A stretch of 64,000 nucleotides of DNA from an uncultured Aquiluna sp. (GTDB lineage Bacteria > Actinomycetota > Actinomycetes > Actinomycetales > Microbacteriaceae), in NCBI GenBank assembly GCA_913775595.1, contig CAJYLB010000001.1, positions 558,001 through 622,000 on the forward strand, given 5' to 3'. The position numbers and the translations under genes are program-made. Each line of letters starts with the position of its first letter. Within the stretch, counting starts at the first letter, position 1. The notes under the pieces are model-generated. The model was not told the origin of the DNA. It was given only the letters and a program-made list of their open reading frames with translations, and did no database searches. This document shows positions 62,901 to 64,000 of the stretch, in pieces.

Positions 62901-63207
62901 GGAACTAGTTGACCTCAGGAGCAACACGGAGGTTTTGGTTGCGGGAGTGAGGGTGGCCACGCAAACTCCTCCGATGCGAAGCGGCAAGCGCGTGGTGTTT
63001 ATCAGCCTCGACGATGGCACTGGATGCGCCGATGCCACATTCTTTGACGAGGCTCAGCGCAGATGCTCAAGTCTGCTTTTTCAAAACCGACTACTCCTGA
63101 TATCAGGAAAGACCCGCCGCACTGGTGTGCGAGGGGTCTCGGTCCTGGCCGAAAATGCCTGGGATCTCAGGCAGCTTTGGCTCGAGTGGGAAAAGAAGGC
63201 TTCCTAG
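59986..63207 (+). CDS. dnaE2: C-family DNA polymerase III alpha paralog, DnaE2-like error-prone polymerase
   Basis: Degenerate PHP domain (HLNLAS, TDRDG), RGSGAGSLV.Y.LGI, catalytic PDIDID and KLDVLG, FGFCKAH and OB fold; 1073 aa with no tau-binding C-terminal domain; under a LexA box. Confidence 0.88.
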   Translation: MGFTHLNLASAYSAHYGVNRPEQLAGAAKALGFEALAITDRDGLYGAVKHIASCIKEGLHPIVGVNLEVTEMGRVVILAHGHNSGSGWGLICRAISRAHNSRGKERRPRLDLEELAAMVRENPSCSILLGPESTVAKKLLPSPSDARRDLECWLGALPQAGVLAIEVVNQLSEPGSVASEEHARAMLTLADSTGLPAVMTNAARYLEPDDAITADVLDSARHLEQLGLFTMQPNAQAWMKPAPMMFRLALDVCEDTKRAQKLIQKTQQLAERCLLDAESDCGFGRPKTPEQEALGIEGNPFEVLWQKAHSAIHERYPGAKAPELAEIQHRLSKELIAINELGFATYFLTVADVAQMIRDMRIRSAARGSGAGSLVNYLLGISGVDPIAEGLLFERFLSTERSTLPDIDIDVESARRHEIYKNIFRRYGGKRVTLLSMQSTYRSRGAVRDSGMALGIDDDEIDEIAKNIWRFSAKSFRGAVDRKPELAKFNSDIKVNDRLNLLVDITERLDRLPRHISVHPCGVILGNSSLLSLTPTEPSGIGLPMSQFDKDDMDPMGFLKLDVLGVRMQSAMAYTIREIARVKKKKVDLDSVDREDKRVFEQIRTTNTLGIFQIESPGQRELTGKHQPTRFNDLTLQISLFRPGPMKGNMIKPYLDGRHGLITPDYLHPDLRPILEESYGVVVFHEQLMRIMQKMTGCSLAQADEMRRKLSKEAKAASVSNYFHKAAAARGYQKQLIDKVWSIIEGFGSFGFCKAHGAAFALPTYHSAWLKTHYPTEFIAGLLTHDPGMYPRRLLLAEARRLGVRLLPIDVNRSTNEYLVEKAAEGFGVRMALTEIVGISVREIERIICEQPFRDIADFYVRARPARRTLERLALIGALDSLAGISGEDAQHSRGDLLVHIRQLTAKRPAAEDKNQLSFALGSLDNLPKGNPAPPRQEKLDQELKYTGMDISEHQIERFQRMLDDLGVVRASELVDLRSNTEVLVAGVRVATQTPPMRSGKRVVFISLDDGTGCADATFFDEAQRRCSSLLFQNRLLLISGKTRRTGVRGVSVLAENAWDLRQLWLEWEKKAS

Positions 63208-63947
63208 TCGTTATTGAAGATTGCCAGCATTCTCAGAATCTCGACGTAGAGCCAGATTAGGGAGGCAGTCAGACCAAACGCTGCCCGCCACTCCATCTGC
63301 TCAGGCCAGCCCTGCTCAACTCCCTGGCGGATAGTCTCGAAATCTAGATTAAGAGTGAAAGCTGCAAGCCCAACACCAACGAGGGCGATAAGCCAGCCAA
63401 ATGGGCTGGTGTAGACGCTAATGCCGGCAAATAGAGCAAAGCCGAGGTTGACCATCGCAAACACAAAGTAGCCCATGATGGCAAACGTCATGATGCGTGT
63501 GAATCTGGCATCAACTTTGACCCAGCCGAATCGATAGGCGGCGAACATCGCGCCCGCGGTCGCAAAGGTACCAATAACCGCTGTCTGAACGATTCCCGGA
63601 TACATGGCCTCAAAGATGCCGCTGATGCCGCCAATGAAGACACCTTGGGCGAGGGCGTAAGCCATCATCACACCAGGACGAACCTTCTTTGAGAAAGCTG
63701 CCCAGAGTCCAAGCCCAAGACCAACAAACATTGCAGGGAATGCAAGGCTGTACAGGCCAAGGAACCAAGTGACGCCAGCTCCAGCCAAGACAGCCAAGAA
63801 CATACCCATCACCTTGGAAGTGGTACCTTCCATGGTCATCCTTGTTTGGGTGATGCGCCCAAACTCCTCATCAACCACGCTCGGCGAGATGCGCTCTGCC
63901 ATAAGTCCGGTCTTCAAAGACTGATTGAAAGCAGGATTGTGTGACAA
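63204..63947 (-). CDS. Bax inhibitor-1/YccA-family membrane protein
   Basis: SHNPAF, MT.EG, YPGIV..AV.GT, L.LDF and W.AAFGL..SLIWLYVEILR. Confidence 0.9.
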   Translation of the reverse strand: MSHNPAFNQSLKTGLMAERISPSVVDEEFGRITQTRMTMEGTTSKVMGMFLAVLAGAGVTWFLGLYSLAFPAMFVGLGLGLWAAFSKKVRPGVMMAYALAQGVFIGGISGIFEAMYPGIVQTAVIGTFATAGAMFAAYRFGWVKVDARFTRIMTFAIMGYFVFAMVNLGFALFAGISVYTSPFGWLIALVGVGLAAFTLNLDFETIRQGVEQGWPEQMEWRAAFGLTASLIWLYVEILRMLAIFNND

Positions 63948-64000
63948 CTTAGCTCCTTCTAATAACTAGGTCTGGCCTGATTCTAAGTGAGGAAGCTGGA

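Noticed and set aside
59986..63207. Calling this the replicative DnaE1
   Set aside because: Degenerate PHP metal ligands, no C-terminal tau-binding domain and a LexA box upstream all point to a damage-inducible paralog

Overview
Core chromosomal segment of a streamlined, moderate-GC actinobacterium. Gene order, short proteins and minimal spacers suggest a planktonic Microbacteriaceae of the Luna/Aquiluna type; this is inference, not a database hit. The window holds about 56 densely packed CDSs, mostly housekeeping: nadE-panB-map-ppgK, aceE-fasR-fabDH-acpP-fabF, the dnaG/glyQS/recO/leuA/era/ybeY/phoH/dnaJ/hrcA/hemW/lepA block, rpsT, holA-comEC-comEA and leuS. It also has RNase P RNA and three tRNAs (Val-TAC, Ile2-CAT, Asn-GTT). 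An accessory-looking nutrient/light block (15.8-27.8 kb) carries an Fe-S cryptochrome/photolyase, tdk, an AapJQMP amino-acid ABC transporter, a lipoprotein pullulanase, a BASS symporter and FadD. Regulatory elements readable by eye include a leuA leader peptide (LEU element), a CIRCE at hrcA, a perfect LexA box, a candidate GlnR site and many leaderless promoters. The most interesting item is a compact DNA-damage cassette at 58.9-63.2 kb: SRAP, then a promoter with both a PafBC/RecA-NDp-like motif and a LexA box, then a stand-alone ImuB-C-like small protein translationally coupled to a DnaE2-like polymerase that has its own clamp-like motif, with no imuA/imuB alongside. Second is an unannotated SD-sequestering RNA structure upstream of the DUF3145 gene. 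No CRISPR array, integrase, transposase or prophage was seen.
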